Notes: generated by a model from the letters alone, not told the origin. 64,000 nucleotides of DNA from an uncultured Acidobacteriota bacterium (GCA_963695635.1 CAVOHK010000005.1:66821-130820); one strand, 5' to 3'; positions 1 through 11,002 are shown, numbered from the stretch's first letter. A program made the numbers and translations.

Positions 1-1135
1 CCGCTTTGGAGCGGGCCAGCGAGAGCTCGCGTCCGTATTCCTTCGAGACGTACGGCTCGTCCGAGTATGAGGTCAGCAGCTTTTGCGCGACCGTTCCCCA
101 CACCGCTTCAAAGCCTTCGGTGTTCCCGAGCGGCGATGCGTCGATGTCTTCCTTGGCCAGGGCAAGCAGGCGGGGACGCTGCTCTTCGTCCTGCACCAGC
201 GACTGAAACGCCTCGGCCAGACGATCGGTTGCCGTGCCCTCGGCCACCACGTTGCGCGCCACGAATTTCGCGATCGTCCCATCCGACATCCGGCTGACCA
301 CCGCGTTCATCAAGCGCGGACCGTCGTCGCGGTCGCCGCGCTGACTGAACATGCCGAGCATCATTTCCGGCGACAATCCGCCGACCGCGCTCGCCATGTT
401 CCGAAGCGCCGGCTCCATCCGTTCAGGGTCGCGGTTGGACACCGCTTCGACGATGCCGCGGAGCATCCGCATTAAGGCGGCGGTCTTCGCGGTAACCCCT
501 GCCGAATCTTCCACAGCGCCTTCAACCGCCGTCAGGAGCTCGGCCAGCTTTTCGGGATCATTGGCGACCCCGAGCAATTCAGCAATCGACTCTTCGTCGA
601 GGTTGAACGTTGTGGCCTGCAGGCAGCTCTGAATCACCTTGTCCCAGGCGGCCGACTGGCCGCTTTTTCGTTCTTTCAGGACTTCGCTGTAGTCGATTTC
701 GCGGAGTTCGAGGTGACGTCCGGCCATCGTCGCCCACACCCGCGCGATGCCGCCTTCGGCCCGAACCGACTCCGGGCTGCGCCCGAGCAACAGCAGGAAA
801 CTGCGCCACGCCTCGATGTCACCGCCCGGCATGACGATCAGCAGTCCAATCAGATGGCTGTGGAGCAGCGTCGCCAATTCGCTCAGCGCCGCGTCGCTTT
901 TCGCCGGCGGACGCTCGTCGAGCAGCAGCGCATCGGGCATCACGGTGATCCGCAACGGCGCGGCGAGGGCAGCAGACGAGGTGATCGTCGCGATGCGGCC
1001 GAGCGTGGCGGCGATCGCCGGGTGTCCTCCCGGATAGAGCAGCACCGCGCGGGCCGCGGCCTTGAAGGCCCGCGCAAATTCGATCAATCGCGCGGTTTCA
1101 GCCGGTTCGAGCGGGGTAGGCGCGTCAACGGGCAT
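1..1135 (-). CDS. Hypothetical protein, 5' end complete, runs off the window start
   Basis: My own minus-strand translation starts at the ATG at 1135-1133 and stays open to position 1 (MPVDAPTPLEPAETARLIEFARAFKAAARAVLLYPGGHPAIAATLGR...). It is missing from the ORF track only because no stop lies in the window. No family recognised. Confidence 0.6.
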   Translation of the reverse strand, partial: MPVDAPTPLEPAETARLIEFARAFKAAARAVLLYPGGHPAIAATLGRIATITSSAALAAPLRITVMPDALLLDERPPAKSDAALSELATLLHSHLIGLLIVMPGGDIEAWRSFLLLLGRSPESVRAEGGIARVWATMAGRHLELREIDYSEVLKERKSGQSAAWDKVIQSCLQATTFNLDEESIAELLGVANDPEKLAELLTAVEGAVEDSAGVTAKTAALMRMLRGIVEAVSNRDPERMEPALRNMASAVGGLSPEMMLGMFSQRGDRDDGPRLMNAVVSRMSDGTIAKFVARNVVAEGTATDRLAEAFQSLVQDEEQRPRLLALAKEDIDASPLGNTEGFEAVWGTVAQKLLTSYSDEPYVSKEYGRELSLARSKA

Positions 1136-1252
1136 CGAGAAACGTCACCACACTGGACACGATTATCGTAACCGCAGCGCCCCTTTCGCCAAATCCGGCT
1201 CGACCTCCGAAGCGTTGAACATGGACCGTCGAAGTATACTGCCCCGACCCAC

Positions 1253-2557
1253 GTGCGAGCCGTAGACATCATCATCAATAAGCGGGATAGTCGTGCGCTT
1301 TCCCGCGATGAAATCCGCTTTTTCGTCGACGGCGTCACCGCCGGCACGCTGCCCGATTACCAGGCGTCGTCACTGCTGATGGCGATTTTGCTGCGTGGAA
1401 TGACCGCAGACGAAACCGCGTGGCTGACCGACGCGATGGTCCACTCCGGAGTGCGCCTGGACCTCCGCGACATTCCGGGGGTGAAGGTCGACAAACATAG
1501 TACCGGCGGCGTCGGCGACAAAACCTCACTGATTCTGGCGCCGCTGGCTGCCGCCTGCGGGGTGCCGGTGCCGATGATGTCGGGGCGGGGCCTTGGCCAT
1601 ACCGGTGGCACGCTCGACAAGCTCGAATCGATTCCCGGTTTCCGCGTCAATTTGACGCTCGACGAGATGAAAGCGGCGCTCCGGAAAACCGGCTGCGCGA
1701 TGATCGGTCAGACCGCGCAAATCGCCCCTGCCGACAAGAAGCTGTACGCGCTGCGCGACGTGACCGGCACCGTCGAAAGCATCCCGCTGATCAGCGCCTC
1801 GATCATGTCGAAGAAGATCGCCGAAGGGATCGACGCCCTGGTTTTGGACGTCAAGACCGGCAGCGGTGCGTTCATGAAGACCGAGGCGGATTCGCGGCGT
1901 CTCGCCGAATCGCTGGTGTCCATCGGCAACGCCTCCGGCGTAAAAACCGAGGCGATTATTACCGCGATGGACGCACCGCTGGGCGTCGCGGTCGGCAACG
2001 CGCTTGAAGTGATCGAATGCATCGATGTGCTGAAGGGACACGGGCCGCAGGATCTGATTGATGTCTCGATCGAGTTGACTGCGCGAATGCTCGTCCTCGG
2101 CAAAGTGGCGGACGATCGTGCCGACGGCGAACAGAAATCGCGCGACGCGATTGCTTCCGGTGCCGGCCTGCAACGCTTGCAACAGATCATCGAGGCACAA
2201 GGCGGCGACCCGCGGGTGGTTGACGACTACACCCGACTGCCAAGCGTGCCCGGCCGCTACCTGGTGAAGGCCACCCGGGGCGGCTTTATCAGCGCGGTTG
2301 ACGCGGAACTGGTAGGCCGCGCCTCGGTATCACTCGGCGCCGGCCGCGACCGCGTCGAGGATCCGGTCGACTTCGCGGTCGGCATCATCGTCCACGCCAA
2401 GCCAGGCGACCAGGTGGTCGCCGGCGATCCGCTGCTCGAACTGCACGTCCGCGACACCGCAAAACTCGACGCGGCGCTCGCGCTCGCCGGTCGGGCGGTG
2501 ACCATTGACGATGCCGCTCCGCCGCCGCGGCGGCTGATCGTCGGAGAGGTGCGCTGA
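1253..2557 (+). CDS. deoA: Thymidine / pyrimidine-nucleoside phosphorylase
   Basis: 434 aa ORF with the family hallmarks DKHSTGGVGDKTSLILAPLAAACG and SGRGLGHTGGTLDKLESIPGF. N-terminus IINKRD..LSRDEI is typical. Confidence 0.93.
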   Translation: MRAVDIIINKRDSRALSRDEIRFFVDGVTAGTLPDYQASSLLMAILLRGMTADETAWLTDAMVHSGVRLDLRDIPGVKVDKHSTGGVGDKTSLILAPLAAACGVPVPMMSGRGLGHTGGTLDKLESIPGFRVNLTLDEMKAALRKTGCAMIGQTAQIAPADKKLYALRDVTGTVESIPLISASIMSKKIAEGIDALVLDVKTGSGAFMKTEADSRRLAESLVSIGNASGVKTEAIITAMDAPLGVAVGNALEVIECIDVLKGHGPQDLIDVSIELTARMLVLGKVADDRADGEQKSRDAIASGAGLQRLQQIIEAQGGDPRVVDDYTRLPSVPGRYLVKATRGGFISAVDAELVGRASVSLGAGRDRVEDPVDFAVGIIVHAKPGDQVVAGDPLLELHVRDTAKLDAALALAGRAVTIDDAAPPPRRLIVGEVR

Positions 2558-3817
2558 ATGTCCGGGATTTTTCAGCCGATCTTTGGGGCCATCGTCATTC
2601 TCAGCATCGCCTATGCCTTTTCGACGGCGCGGCGCGCGATCAACTGGACGACGGTCGCGTGGGGATTGGGCCTGCAGGTGCTGTTTGCGTTGATCGTGCT
2701 GAAAACCAGCCTCGGACAGCGCGTGTTTGCGACGCTCGGGGCTTACATCACCAAGCTGCTCGGGTTCTCGGGGGTCGGTGCGTCGTTCGTGTTCGGTCCG
2801 TTGGGCGATGCCGGCGTGTGGGGCAGGGTGATGACCGCCACTCTGGGAGGTGAAGAAGCCGCCCGGTGGACCGTCATTTTCGCGTTTCAAGTACTGCCGA
2901 CGATTATTTTCATCGCCGCGCTGTTTGCGATCCTGTATTACTTCGGCGTGATGCAGATCATCGTCCGCATTTTCGCGGTGGTGATGCAGCGGGTGATGGG
3001 CGCCAGCGGCGCGGAGTCCTTGAACGTTGCGGCCAGCATCTTCATGGGACAGACCGAGGCGCCGCTAACCATCCGTCCCTACCTGCCGGAGATGACCCAG
3101 TCTGAACTGATGACGGTCATGACATCGGGCATGGCGCACATTTCGGGCGGCATCATGGCGGCCTACATCTTGTTCGGGATCGAGGCGAAGCATCTGTTGA
3201 CGGCGGTGATCATGACCGCGCCTGGCACGATCATGATGGCGAAGATGATGGTCCCTGAAACCGAGACGCCGAAAACCAGGGGATCGGTCGAGCTTGTAGT
3301 CGAACAGACCGATGTCAACGTGATCGATGCCGCCGGTCGTGGCACCGGCGAAGGGTTACATCTCGCGTTGAACGTCGGCGCCATGCTGATCTCGTTCCTG
3401 GCGCTGATTGCGCTGCTGAACGCGATTCTTCACACAGTGCCGCTTGGTGGCGCGCCGCTCAGCCTCGAGCGGATTTTCGGGTGGGTGTTCGCGCCGGTCG
3501 CGTGGTCGATGGGCGTGCCCTGGAAAGATGCGCCGGCGATTGGCAACCTGCTGGGAACGCGGATGGCGGTCAACGAGTTCGTGGCCTATTCGCAACTCGG
3601 ACCGATGAAGGCATCGCTCGATCCCAAGTCGTTCACCATTGCCACCTTCGCCCTGTGCGGCTTCGCGAATTTCAGTTCGATTGGCATTCAAATCGGCGGC
3701 ATCGGGGCGTTGGCCCCGAATCGGCGCCACGATCTGGCACGACTCGGGCTGCGGGCGATGTTCGCCGGCACGCTGGCGAATTTCATGACGGCCACTATCG
3801 CCGGATTCCTCCTGTAA
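2558..3817 (+). CDS. nupC: NupC/CNT-family concentrative nucleoside transporter
   Basis: 419 aa polytopic ORF abutting the deoA stop. The C-terminal motif CGFANFSSIGIQIGGIGALAPNRR is typical of NupC. Confidence 0.85.
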   Translation: MSGIFQPIFGAIVILSIAYAFSTARRAINWTTVAWGLGLQVLFALIVLKTSLGQRVFATLGAYITKLLGFSGVGASFVFGPLGDAGVWGRVMTATLGGEEAARWTVIFAFQVLPTIIFIAALFAILYYFGVMQIIVRIFAVVMQRVMGASGAESLNVAASIFMGQTEAPLTIRPYLPEMTQSELMTVMTSGMAHISGGIMAAYILFGIEAKHLLTAVIMTAPGTIMMAKMMVPETETPKTRGSVELVVEQTDVNVIDAAGRGTGEGLHLALNVGAMLISFLALIALLNAILHTVPLGGAPLSLERIFGWVFAPVAWSMGVPWKDAPAIGNLLGTRMAVNEFVAYSQLGPMKASLDPKSFTIATFALCGFANFSSIGIQIGGIGALAPNRRHDLARLGLRAMFAGTLANFMTATIAGFLL

Positions 3818-3820
3818 CCC

Positions 3821-4639
3821 ATGGCTTATTACGATCAGGTCAAAGAAGCGGCCGACGCCGTTCGCGCCCGAATTCGCACCGTTCCCGAAATTGCGATCGT
3901 GCTTGGCTCCGGGCTCGGCGATTTCGCCAACAATTTAGCTGATCCGGTAGTGATGCCCTACGACACGCTGCCGCATTGGCCGGCAGCGCGGGTGGTCGGC
4001 CATGAGGGCAAGCTGGTGGTCGGATCGATCCGCGGAAAAACGATTGCGGCGCTGGCCGGCCGGTGCCACCTTTATGAAGGTCATCCCGCGGCGACGGTCA
4101 CCTTCGCGGTCCGCACGCTCGGCCTGCTCGGCGTCAAGCTGTTGGTGCTGACCAACGCCGCGGGTGGCGTCAATACCGGCTTTGCTCAAGGCGCGTTGAT
4201 GATCATCGACGACCACATCAACCTGACCGGCCACAACCCGCTGGTTGGCGCGAACGACGATCGGTTCGGTGCGCGATTTCCGGACATGACCGAAGTGTAT
4301 TCGCGGCGGCTACGCGAGATTGCCGATCGCGCCGGGAAGGCGATGAGCCTGCTGCTGCCGCACGGCATTTACGTCGCGCTGCTCGGTCCAAGTTACGAAA
4401 CGCCGGCCGAAATCCGCTATCTCCGGACGATTGGCGCCGACGCCGTCGGCATGTCGACGGTCCCGGAGGCGATTGCCGCACGTCACCTGGGAATGGAGGT
4501 GCTCGGCATCTCCTGCATCACCAACATGGCCGCCGGCGTGTTACCGCAGCCGCTTAATCACGACGATGTCATGGCCACGGCGCGACGCGTTCGCGGCCAG
4601 TTCATCGCGCTGTTGGAGGGAATTATTGAACAGCTCTGA
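3821..4639 (+). CDS. punA: Purine nucleoside phosphorylase (trimeric PNP-I type)
   Basis: 272 aa with [16 protein letters not shown] and [28 protein letters not shown]. Confidence 0.9.
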   Translation: MAYYDQVKEAADAVRARIRTVPEIAIVLGSGLGDFANNLADPVVMPYDTLPHWPAARVVGHEGKLVVGSIRGKTIAALAGRCHLYEGHPAATVTFAVRTLGLLGVKLLVLTNAAGGVNTGFAQGALMIIDDHINLTGHNPLVGANDDRFGARFPDMTEVYSRRLREIADRAGKAMSLLLPHGIYVALLGPSYETPAEIRYLRTIGADAVGMSTVPEAIAARHLGMEVLGISCITNMAAGVLPQPLNHDDVMATARRVRGQFIALLEGIIEQL

Positions 4640-5471
4640 AGGCAGTCGGCTGTCGGTCACACTGGTCGATGTCTCGCCGGACCACGAGAGCGATTTCGCG
4701 GTGGTTGCGACCGCGCTCGAGGCGCTGCTGATCCGCAAGAATTACGGCCGTGCGGACATGATTCGCGACGAGTCCGATCCGCTGCGCTATTACGCGGTAC
4801 GGCACTGGAACAGCGCCACCGCCGCGGAACAGTTTCACCGCGACCCCGAGGCGCAAACGGTGATCGCGCGCCTGTCGCAGATCGCGCGCCTGATCCACGT
4901 GGTTAACGGCGTCCGCAGAATTGATCCGGTCCGTCTGATCGTCGACGACCGGCGATCGGCCGTGCAGGGGGATCGCCGCGCTGGTTTCGATCGGCGCGCC
5001 AAGGACACCGGCCACCACGCCGGGGCCAACCGGCGCTCCTCCAAAGACCGTCGCCTCGGTCCGCGCCGTTTGCGCGATCGTCCGGGCGAAATCGACTTGG
5101 TCGAGGCGGCGCGTCGCGCCCGAGAGTTTGCCGATGCCGCCTATTCACGGTTCAAGGTCGGCGCTGCGCTGGAAGCGGCCGACGGCACCGTGATCGGCGG
5201 CTGCAATGTCGAGAACGCGACTTACGGGCTGACCGTCTGTGCCGAGCGGGTGGCGATGTTCAAGGCGCTGTCAGAAGGCCATCGCGTCTTCACCAGAATC
5301 GCCGTTGTGGCCGACACTGACGCGCCGACTCCGCCGTGCGGCGCGTGCCGCCAGATCCTGTGGGAGTTCGGTGGCAACCTCGAAGTGCAGCTGGCGAACC
5401 TCACCGAGAAGAAGGGTACGTATCAGCTGAAGGATCTGCTGCCGCTGCCGTTCGACGCGAGGCTGCTCGTA
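4626..5471 (+). CDS. cdd: ABM (antibiotic-biosynthesis-monooxygenase-like) domain fused to cytidine deaminase; no in-frame stop before mtnA
   Basis: Part of track ORF 4431..6614. A TTG at 4626 follows GGAGG at 4614-4618. The ABM-like N-terminus is [24 protein letters not shown], followed by an Arg/Asp-rich linker. The Cdd zinc motifs CAERVA and PCGACRQ are present. Homology ends at ..[11 protein letters not shown] near 5465. Confidence 0.75.
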
Positions 5472-5475
5472 GGCT

Positions 5476-5538
5476 GTCGCTCGTCGCTCGTCGCTCGTCG
5501 CTCGCCACTCGAGAGGCGAGCAGCGAGCCGCGAGAATC
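5476..5538. repeat. Heptamer tandem-repeat hairpin: (GTCGCTC)x4, GCCACTC, then GAGAGGC GAGCAGC GAGCCGC GAGAATC
   Basis: Read directly. It has strict 7-nt phasing and the two halves are roughly complementary. The same unit family occurs at 46457-46554. Confidence 0.85.
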
Positions 5539-5552
5539 GGTACAATTCCGCC

Positions 5553-6614
5553 ATGCTTCCCACCGTCGCGCGCGAGGCCGACGCGGTCGTGATGATCGAC
5601 CAGCGCAAGCTTCCCGCCCAGGAAATTTACGTTCGCTGCAAGACTGCCGCTGAGGTCGCCAAGGCAATTAAGACCATGGTCATTCGCGGCGCGCCGGCGA
5701 TCGGTGTCTCGGCGGCGATGGGCATCGCGCTCGGCATGCGCAAGAGCAAGGCGACCGGCACCCTGAAGTTCGGCGCGGAGTTTCAGAAGACGTGCGACCT
5801 GATGGCGGCGACCCGGCCGACCGCGGTCAACCTGTTTTGGGCGATCGAGCGGATGAAGCGGACGTTTGCGGCAGCGGCGCAAGCGGGCGACTCGGTTGAA
5901 CAAATCAAAGACAAGCTCGATCGTGAAGCGGACTTGATTCACGACGAAGACGTGGCCAGTTGCCGCGCGCTGGGTGCGTTCGGCGCCGACGTCGTGCCGG
6001 CCGACGCGCGCGTCTTGACGCATTGCAACGCCGGCGCGCTCGCGACCGCCGGATATGGCACGGCTCTCGGCGTTATCCGCGGCGCGGTCGAAAAAGGCAA
6101 GCGCGTCGCGGTGTTCGCCGACGAAACGCGTCCGTTCCTGCAAGGTGCACGTCTCACCGCCTGGGAACTCGTCAGGGACAACATTCCGACGACGGTGATT
6201 ACCGACAACATGACGGCGGCGCTGATGCGCCAGGGCAAAGTGGACCTGGTGGTCGTCGGCGCCGACCGGATTGCCGCGAACGGTGATACCGCGAACAAGA
6301 TCGGTACCTACGGCGTGGCGGTACTCGCGCGCGAGCACAAGATCCCGTTCTACGTGGCCGCGCCGCTTTCGACGATCGATTTGAACACGCCCGACGGCGA
6401 CCACATCCCGATCGAAGAACGCAATGCCCGGGAAGTGACCCATGTCGGCGGCACGCAACTCACGCCGCGCGGCGCCGAAGTGTGGAATCCGGCGTTCGAC
6501 GTGACACCGCACCAATACATCGCCGGCATCATTACCGAGCGCGGGATCTTCAGGGCGCCATACGTGGAATCGTTGAAGAGCGCGTTCGAAGCGCACGAGC
6601 TTGTGAAGCGTTAA
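5553..6614 (+). CDS. mtnA: S-methyl-5-thioribose-1-phosphate isomerase
   Basis: Internal ATG at 5553 of ORF 4431..6614. [21 protein letters not shown]..., [35 protein letters not shown] and FDVTP are typical of MtnA/eIF-2B-related isomerases. Confidence 0.9.
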   Translation: MLPTVAREADAVVMIDQRKLPAQEIYVRCKTAAEVAKAIKTMVIRGAPAIGVSAAMGIALGMRKSKATGTLKFGAEFQKTCDLMAATRPTAVNLFWAIERMKRTFAAAAQAGDSVEQIKDKLDREADLIHDEDVASCRALGAFGADVVPADARVLTHCNAGALATAGYGTALGVIRGAVEKGKRVAVFADETRPFLQGARLTAWELVRDNIPTTVITDNMTAALMRQGKVDLVVVGADRIAANGDTANKIGTYGVAVLAREHKIPFYVAAPLSTIDLNTPDGDHIPIEERNAREVTHVGGTQLTPRGAEVWNPAFDVTPHQYIAGIITERGIFRAPYVESLKSAFEAHELVKR

Positions 6615-6624
6615 AGCACGACGC

Positions 6625-7782
6625 ATGCTGATCCTCGGAATCGAAACTTCCTGCGACGAAACGGCGGCCGCCATCGTCGAGGAAACCGGCGATACGGCGA
6701 AGCCATGGGCGATCCGCTCGAACGTCATCGCCTCGCAGGTGCCGATTCATCGCGAGTGGGGCGGTGTGGTCCCCGAGCTGGCATCCCGGCAGCACATTCG
6801 AGACATCTGCGGCGTTGTCGAGCGCGCGCTGGAGGAGGGCCGGACATCGTGGCGACAACTGGGCGGCATCGCCGTCACCCAGGGACCTGGTCTGGTCGGG
6901 TCGCTCCTGATCGGTGTGTCGTTCGCGAAAGCAGCCGCGGCCGCAACAGGTTTGCCACTCGTACCGGTCCATCACCTGGCCGGACACATCGAATCGCTAG
7001 TCCTGCAGAACGGCGAGATGCCGTTGCCCGCCGTCGTGCTGGTCGTGTCTGGCGGACACACCAGCCTGTATCACGTCGAGCGCCCGGGCGAATACCAACT
7101 GGTCAGCCGCACCCGCGACGATGCCGCCGGCGAGGCTTACGACAAGGTGGCCAAGTTGCTGGGCCTCGGCTACCCCGGCGGTCCGGTGATCGACCGGCTG
7201 GCGAGGACCGGCGATGACCGCGCGGTTGCCTTGCCGACAATGCGCTTGACGCACGCCGATCGCAATGCGCCGCAACTGAAAGGCGATCTCGATTTCAGCT
7301 TCAGTGGCCTGAAGACCGCGGTCCTGCGATACGTGCGGGAGCGTGCGACGGCAGAGCCGCTCAGCCCCTCTGAAGTCGCCAATCTCTGTGCGAGTTTCCA
7401 GCGGATCGTCGTCACCGTATTGATCGATCGGCTGTTCGATGCGGCGCGCCGCTTCGCCGCTCGCAGCGTCGGCATTGCCGGCGGCGTATCCGCGAACAGC
7501 CGCTTGCGTGAAGAGCTCCAACGCCGCGGTGAGGCGCGGGAGATTCCCACGTATCTGCCGAGCCTGGCGCTCTCGACCGATAACGCCGCAATGATCGCTG
7601 CCGCAGGACTCCGCCGTTTCCACGCCGGCGTTCGCGCGACGGCCGATCTCAATGCCGACGCGTCACTGGCGCTGATGAAGGGTTTTTACCGATTACCTCT
7701 TTTTCAACACCAGGAAGCGCCAGGAGTTCGTTCGCATCACCGACGACATCCAGGCAATCGTCACGAAGAGCGGCGTCAGTGA
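6625..7782 (+). CDS. tsaD: tRNA N6-adenosine threonylcarbamoyltransferase TsaD; about the last 35 codons look like read-through
   Basis: [25 protein letters not shown] and VSGGHT are present. Homology ends near ..NADASLAL (about 7672). The tail overlaps the N-terminal coding region of the next gene in another frame. Confidence 0.9.
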   Translation: MLILGIETSCDETAAAIVEETGDTAKPWAIRSNVIASQVPIHREWGGVVPELASRQHIRDICGVVERALEEGRTSWRQLGGIAVTQGPGLVGSLLIGVSFAKAAAAATGLPLVPVHHLAGHIESLVLQNGEMPLPAVVLVVSGGHTSLYHVERPGEYQLVSRTRDDAAGEAYDKVAKLLGLGYPGGPVIDRLARTGDDRAVALPTMRLTHADRNAPQLKGDLDFSFSGLKTAVLRYVRERATAEPLSPSEVANLCASFQRIVVTVLIDRLFDAARRFAARSVGIAGGVSANSRLREELQRRGEAREIPTYLPSLALSTDNAAMIAAAGLRRFHAGVRATADLNADASLALMKGFYRLPLFQHQEAPGVRSHHRRHPGNRHEERRQ

Positions 7783-8089
7783 CGGCACCGTGTTGGTGTC
7801 GGCGATGCACATCACGGCCGGCGTCTACGTCAACGATTGGGAAGACGGCCTGATTCACGACTTTCAGGAGTGGCTCGAAAAGTTGGCGCCGGCCGGACTG
7901 AATTACCGGCATCACCAGACCGGAGAAGACAACGCCGACGCACACTTGAAGCGGACAATCATCGGCCACCAGGTGGTGTTGCCGATCACCAACGCCAAAC
8001 TCGATCTTGGACCATGGGAGCAGGTGTTTTATGCCGAGTTCGACGGCCAACGGAAAAAACGTGTTGTCGTCAAGGTGATGGGTGTCTGA
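7679..8089 (+). CDS. YjbQ/UPF0047-family protein (secondary thiamine-phosphate synthase-like); start codon displaced by a frame anomaly
   Basis: Track ORF 7790..8089 ([15 protein letters not shown]...[14 protein letters not shown]...[13 protein letters not shown]). The same frame stays open and family-like upstream to 7679 ([22 protein letters not shown]). The only candidate ATG (7675) is one base out of frame. Confidence 0.75.
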   Translation, partial: RVFTDYLFFNTRKRQEFVRITDDIQAIVTKSGVSDGTVLVSAMHITAGVYVNDWEDGLIHDFQEWLEKLAPAGLNYRHHQTGEDNADAHLKRTIIGHQVVLPITNAKLDLGPWEQVFYAEFDGQRKKRVVVKVMGV

Positions 8090-8543
8090 CCGGGAGTTTC
8101 CGGCGCGCCCGATCCTCGGCGTCGGCGCGGTGGTCGTTGACGACGACCGCGTTCTACTGGTGCGCCGCGCCAACGAACCGCTCAAAGGCGAGTGGAGCCT
8201 GCCGGGTGGCGCCGTCGAACTTGGCGAGACACTTCACGCGGCGATTGCCCGTGAAGTGAAGGAAGAGACCGGTCTCGAGGTGGAAGTCGGGCCGATCATC
8301 GACGTACTCGATCGCCTGCGCTTCGACGCCGACGGCCGTCCGCGTTTTCATTATGTCCTCGTGGACTTCATCTGCCGACCCACAGGTGGAACGCTGGCCT
8401 GCGGATCGGACGCCGCCGGTGCAACGTGGGCCGACCTGGTCGAACTGCCTGAATACGGTGTTGCCGAATCAACGGTCAGTGTTATCGTCAAGGCCTTCGA
8501 TCGGTTGAAGTCCGGACCGTGGATCGCACGCGAGGTTTGCTGA
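8082..8543 (+). CDS. NUDIX hydrolase
   Basis: 153 aa with the Nudix box [32 protein letters not shown]. Confidence 0.85.
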   Translation: MSDREFPARPILGVGAVVVDDDRVLLVRRANEPLKGEWSLPGGAVELGETLHAAIAREVKEETGLEVEVGPIIDVLDRLRFDADGRPRFHYVLVDFICRPTGGTLACGSDAAGATWADLVELPEYGVAESTVSVIVKAFDRLKSGPWIAREVC

Positions 8544-9473
8544 AAGACCGACCATTGGGTTCGTTTCCGCTTGCGGCGATCCGGCGTGCGGTCGTGACCG
8601 GCATGCTTCTGATCCTCGCGCCGGTGTCGTCGGCATTGCAGAACCCGACCGGCGATCTGGTGGAACTCGATGTCGCCGTCGTGGATAAGTCGGGCGCAAC
8701 CATCGGCGAGCTCAGGCAGTCGGACTTTCAAGTCAAAGAGGACGGCAAAGCGGTCGAGATCAAAACCTTCACGCCGGTTTCGGCCGACGGTCTCTCGCCA
8801 GACACCAACCGTCAGCTCGTGCTGTTGCTCGACGACACGCTCCCGGTCGCAGGCACGCCGGTCATTCAGCAGTTGGCCAAGGCCGTCCTCTCGCGCTCAC
8901 GTCCCGACGACGAAGTGACTGTTGTGCGACTACACAACGACCGCGACGAGCCATTCGGCGATCTCGATACGGCGCTGACGCGGATCAGCGGCTACCGTGC
9001 CGGCGCGGTCCCGTTCCAGCGCCGCGCTACCGCCGAACGAATGTTGAAAGTGCTCACCGGCATCGCCCGTCAGCTCGAGACGGTGGAACACCGCCGCAAG
9101 GTGGTCGTCTGCGTCGGCTGGCCGAATGTCTGCAACGTCCTCGAGCCGCAGCCGCAGGGCTACAACCCGTTATGGCCGTCGTGGGTCGCGATGCTGTCTG
9201 CGGTCTCGCGTGCGAACGCGGCGGTTTATGGTGTGATGCCGGTCGCGCCCGGCACGCTGGTCGGCGTTGGAAGTGGTCTGGTCGAAATCACCGGCGGCAA
9301 CGCGTTCTTCAACACTACGAAGTTGGAGCCGTTCGTCGACAGCGTCTGGCGAGAAGCGAGTCAGTCACTATCTGCTCGGCTACTGGCCGCAGAATTCCAA
9401 ACGCGAGCTGCACGACATCCAGGTGAAGGTCACGCGTAAAGGACTACGAGTGCGTGCGCGCACGCGTCGGTAA
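8519..9473 (+). pseudogene. Secreted VWFA-related (TIGR03436-like, acidobacterial) protein with one frameshift near 9360
   Basis: ORF 8519..9439 has a signal-like N-terminus and LDVAVVDKSGATIGELRQSDFQVKEDGKAVEIKTF. The family-typical C-terminus HYLLGYWPQNSKRELHDIQVKVTRKGLRVRAR lies in ORF 9267..9473. Confidence 0.7.
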
Positions 9474-9476
9474 GCG

Positions 9477-11002
9477 CTAATTCTTCGGGCGCCAGGCGAA
9501 GTAAACCGGCACCCCCAGCAGCACGATGATCAGTCCCGGCCAGGTGGTCGACGACCGATAGATGAACAGCACGATCAGGATCGTGGCCGCGCCGACGATG
9601 TAGAGCGCCGGGACGACCGGATAGCCGAAGGCCCGGTACGGACGGTCGATGCTCGGCCGGGTCGGCGCAGCCGGAAGATGCCGGCGATGGTCAGGATGTA
9701 GAAGATCAGCGCGGCGGAGATGACGTAATCGAGCAGATTGTTATAGAGGTTGCCGTACGCGTCGGTCGCCGGATCGAAGGTTCGCGGCAGCACCAGGAAG
9801 ACCGCCCACACCCCCTGAAGCAGCAGCCCCCAGGCCGGCACTTTGGCGTCGTTCAGACTGACCGGCCGACCGGAAGAACAGGCCGTCTCGCGACATCGCG
9901 TAGTAGGCACGCGCGCCGGCGAGAATCAGGCCGTTGGTGCAGCCGAAGGTCGAGATCATGATGCCGACCGCCATGATCGTCGCACCGAACCCCGGAAAAA
10001 TGACGTTCAGCGTCGCCGTCGCCACGCGATCGCCCGGCGCGTGCTGGATCTGGTCGAACGGCAGCGTCACCAGATACGCCACGTTCGCCAGCAGATACAG
10101 GCGCGATCACGATGAACGTGCCGAGCGCAAGCGACAGCGGAATGTTGCGGCGCGGATCTTTCACTTCGCCGGCGGTAAAGGTGATGTTGTTCCAGGCGTC
10201 AGCGGAAAACAGCGATCCGGTCTGCGATACGCAAATCGCCACGAACAGACCGAACGCCGTCAAGCGCGGACAGGCCGGGAACGATGTCGACGGTGCCGCG
10301 AGCCTGCCACAGGTTGCCGAAGTTATCGGCGACCGCGGTGCTGTTCCAGCCAATCAAGACGCCGACCAGGATCAGCCCCACCAGGGCGCCGGTCTTCGCG
10401 GTGGTGAAGACGTTCTGGATGATTTTTCCGTATTCGAGACCGCGCGTATTCGTCCAGGTGAGCAGCGCAATCATCAGAACGCCGACCAACTGCGTCGTCG
10501 ACAGCGACAAGGCGTAGCCAGTGCTGATGTGGACCGGCGCAATCAGGTAGTTGTCGTCGCGAATCCACGGCACGCAGTGCACCGAAATAGCGCGCGAAGC
10601 CGACGGCGACCGCGGCGATCGTTCCGGTCTGGATGACGAGAAACAGCGTCCATCCGTAGAGAAAGCCCCAGAGCGGCGAGAACGCTTCGCGCAGGTAGAC
10701 GTACTGACCGCCGGCGCGCGGCATCATCGCTGCCAGTTCGCCGTACGACAGCGCACCGACCACGGTCAGCAGGCCGGTCAGCACCCAGGCGCCGAGCAGC
10801 CAGCCGGGCTGCCGATGTTGCGCGCCATATCGGCCGAGACGATGAAGATGCCCGAGCCGATCATCGATCCGACCACCACCATCGTCGAGTCGTAGAGCCC
10901 GAGGCCGCGATGGAATTCCGTGTCGAGCGCGGTGGCGGCGCGTTGCCGGTCGTCGCTCGCATAAGATGCCAAACCTAGCATGCTCAAGCTGGATTTGATC
11001 AA
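9477..11002 (-). pseudogene. APC-family amino acid permease, at least 5 frameshifts
   Basis: Pieces lie in ORFs 10778..11002, 10323..10784, 10199..10582, 9853..10353, 9741..10082 and 9575..9910. Examples are GSMIGSGIFIVSADMA and GALSYGELAAMMPRAGGQYVYLREAF. My own translation gives the C-terminus ..PVYFAWRPKN with a stop at 9477. Confidence 0.8.

Noticed and set aside
4431-6614. A single 727 aa protein as listed in the ORF track
   Set aside because: The first 65 codons are an out-of-frame overlap with the PNP gene. The rest is two distinct enzymes (ABM::Cdd and MtnA) joined only because no stop falls in the repeat-containing spacer.
5271-6728. 485 aa minus-strand ORF
   Set aside because: It is antisense to mtnA and the start of tsaD, with Arg-rich low-complexity composition and no motifs.
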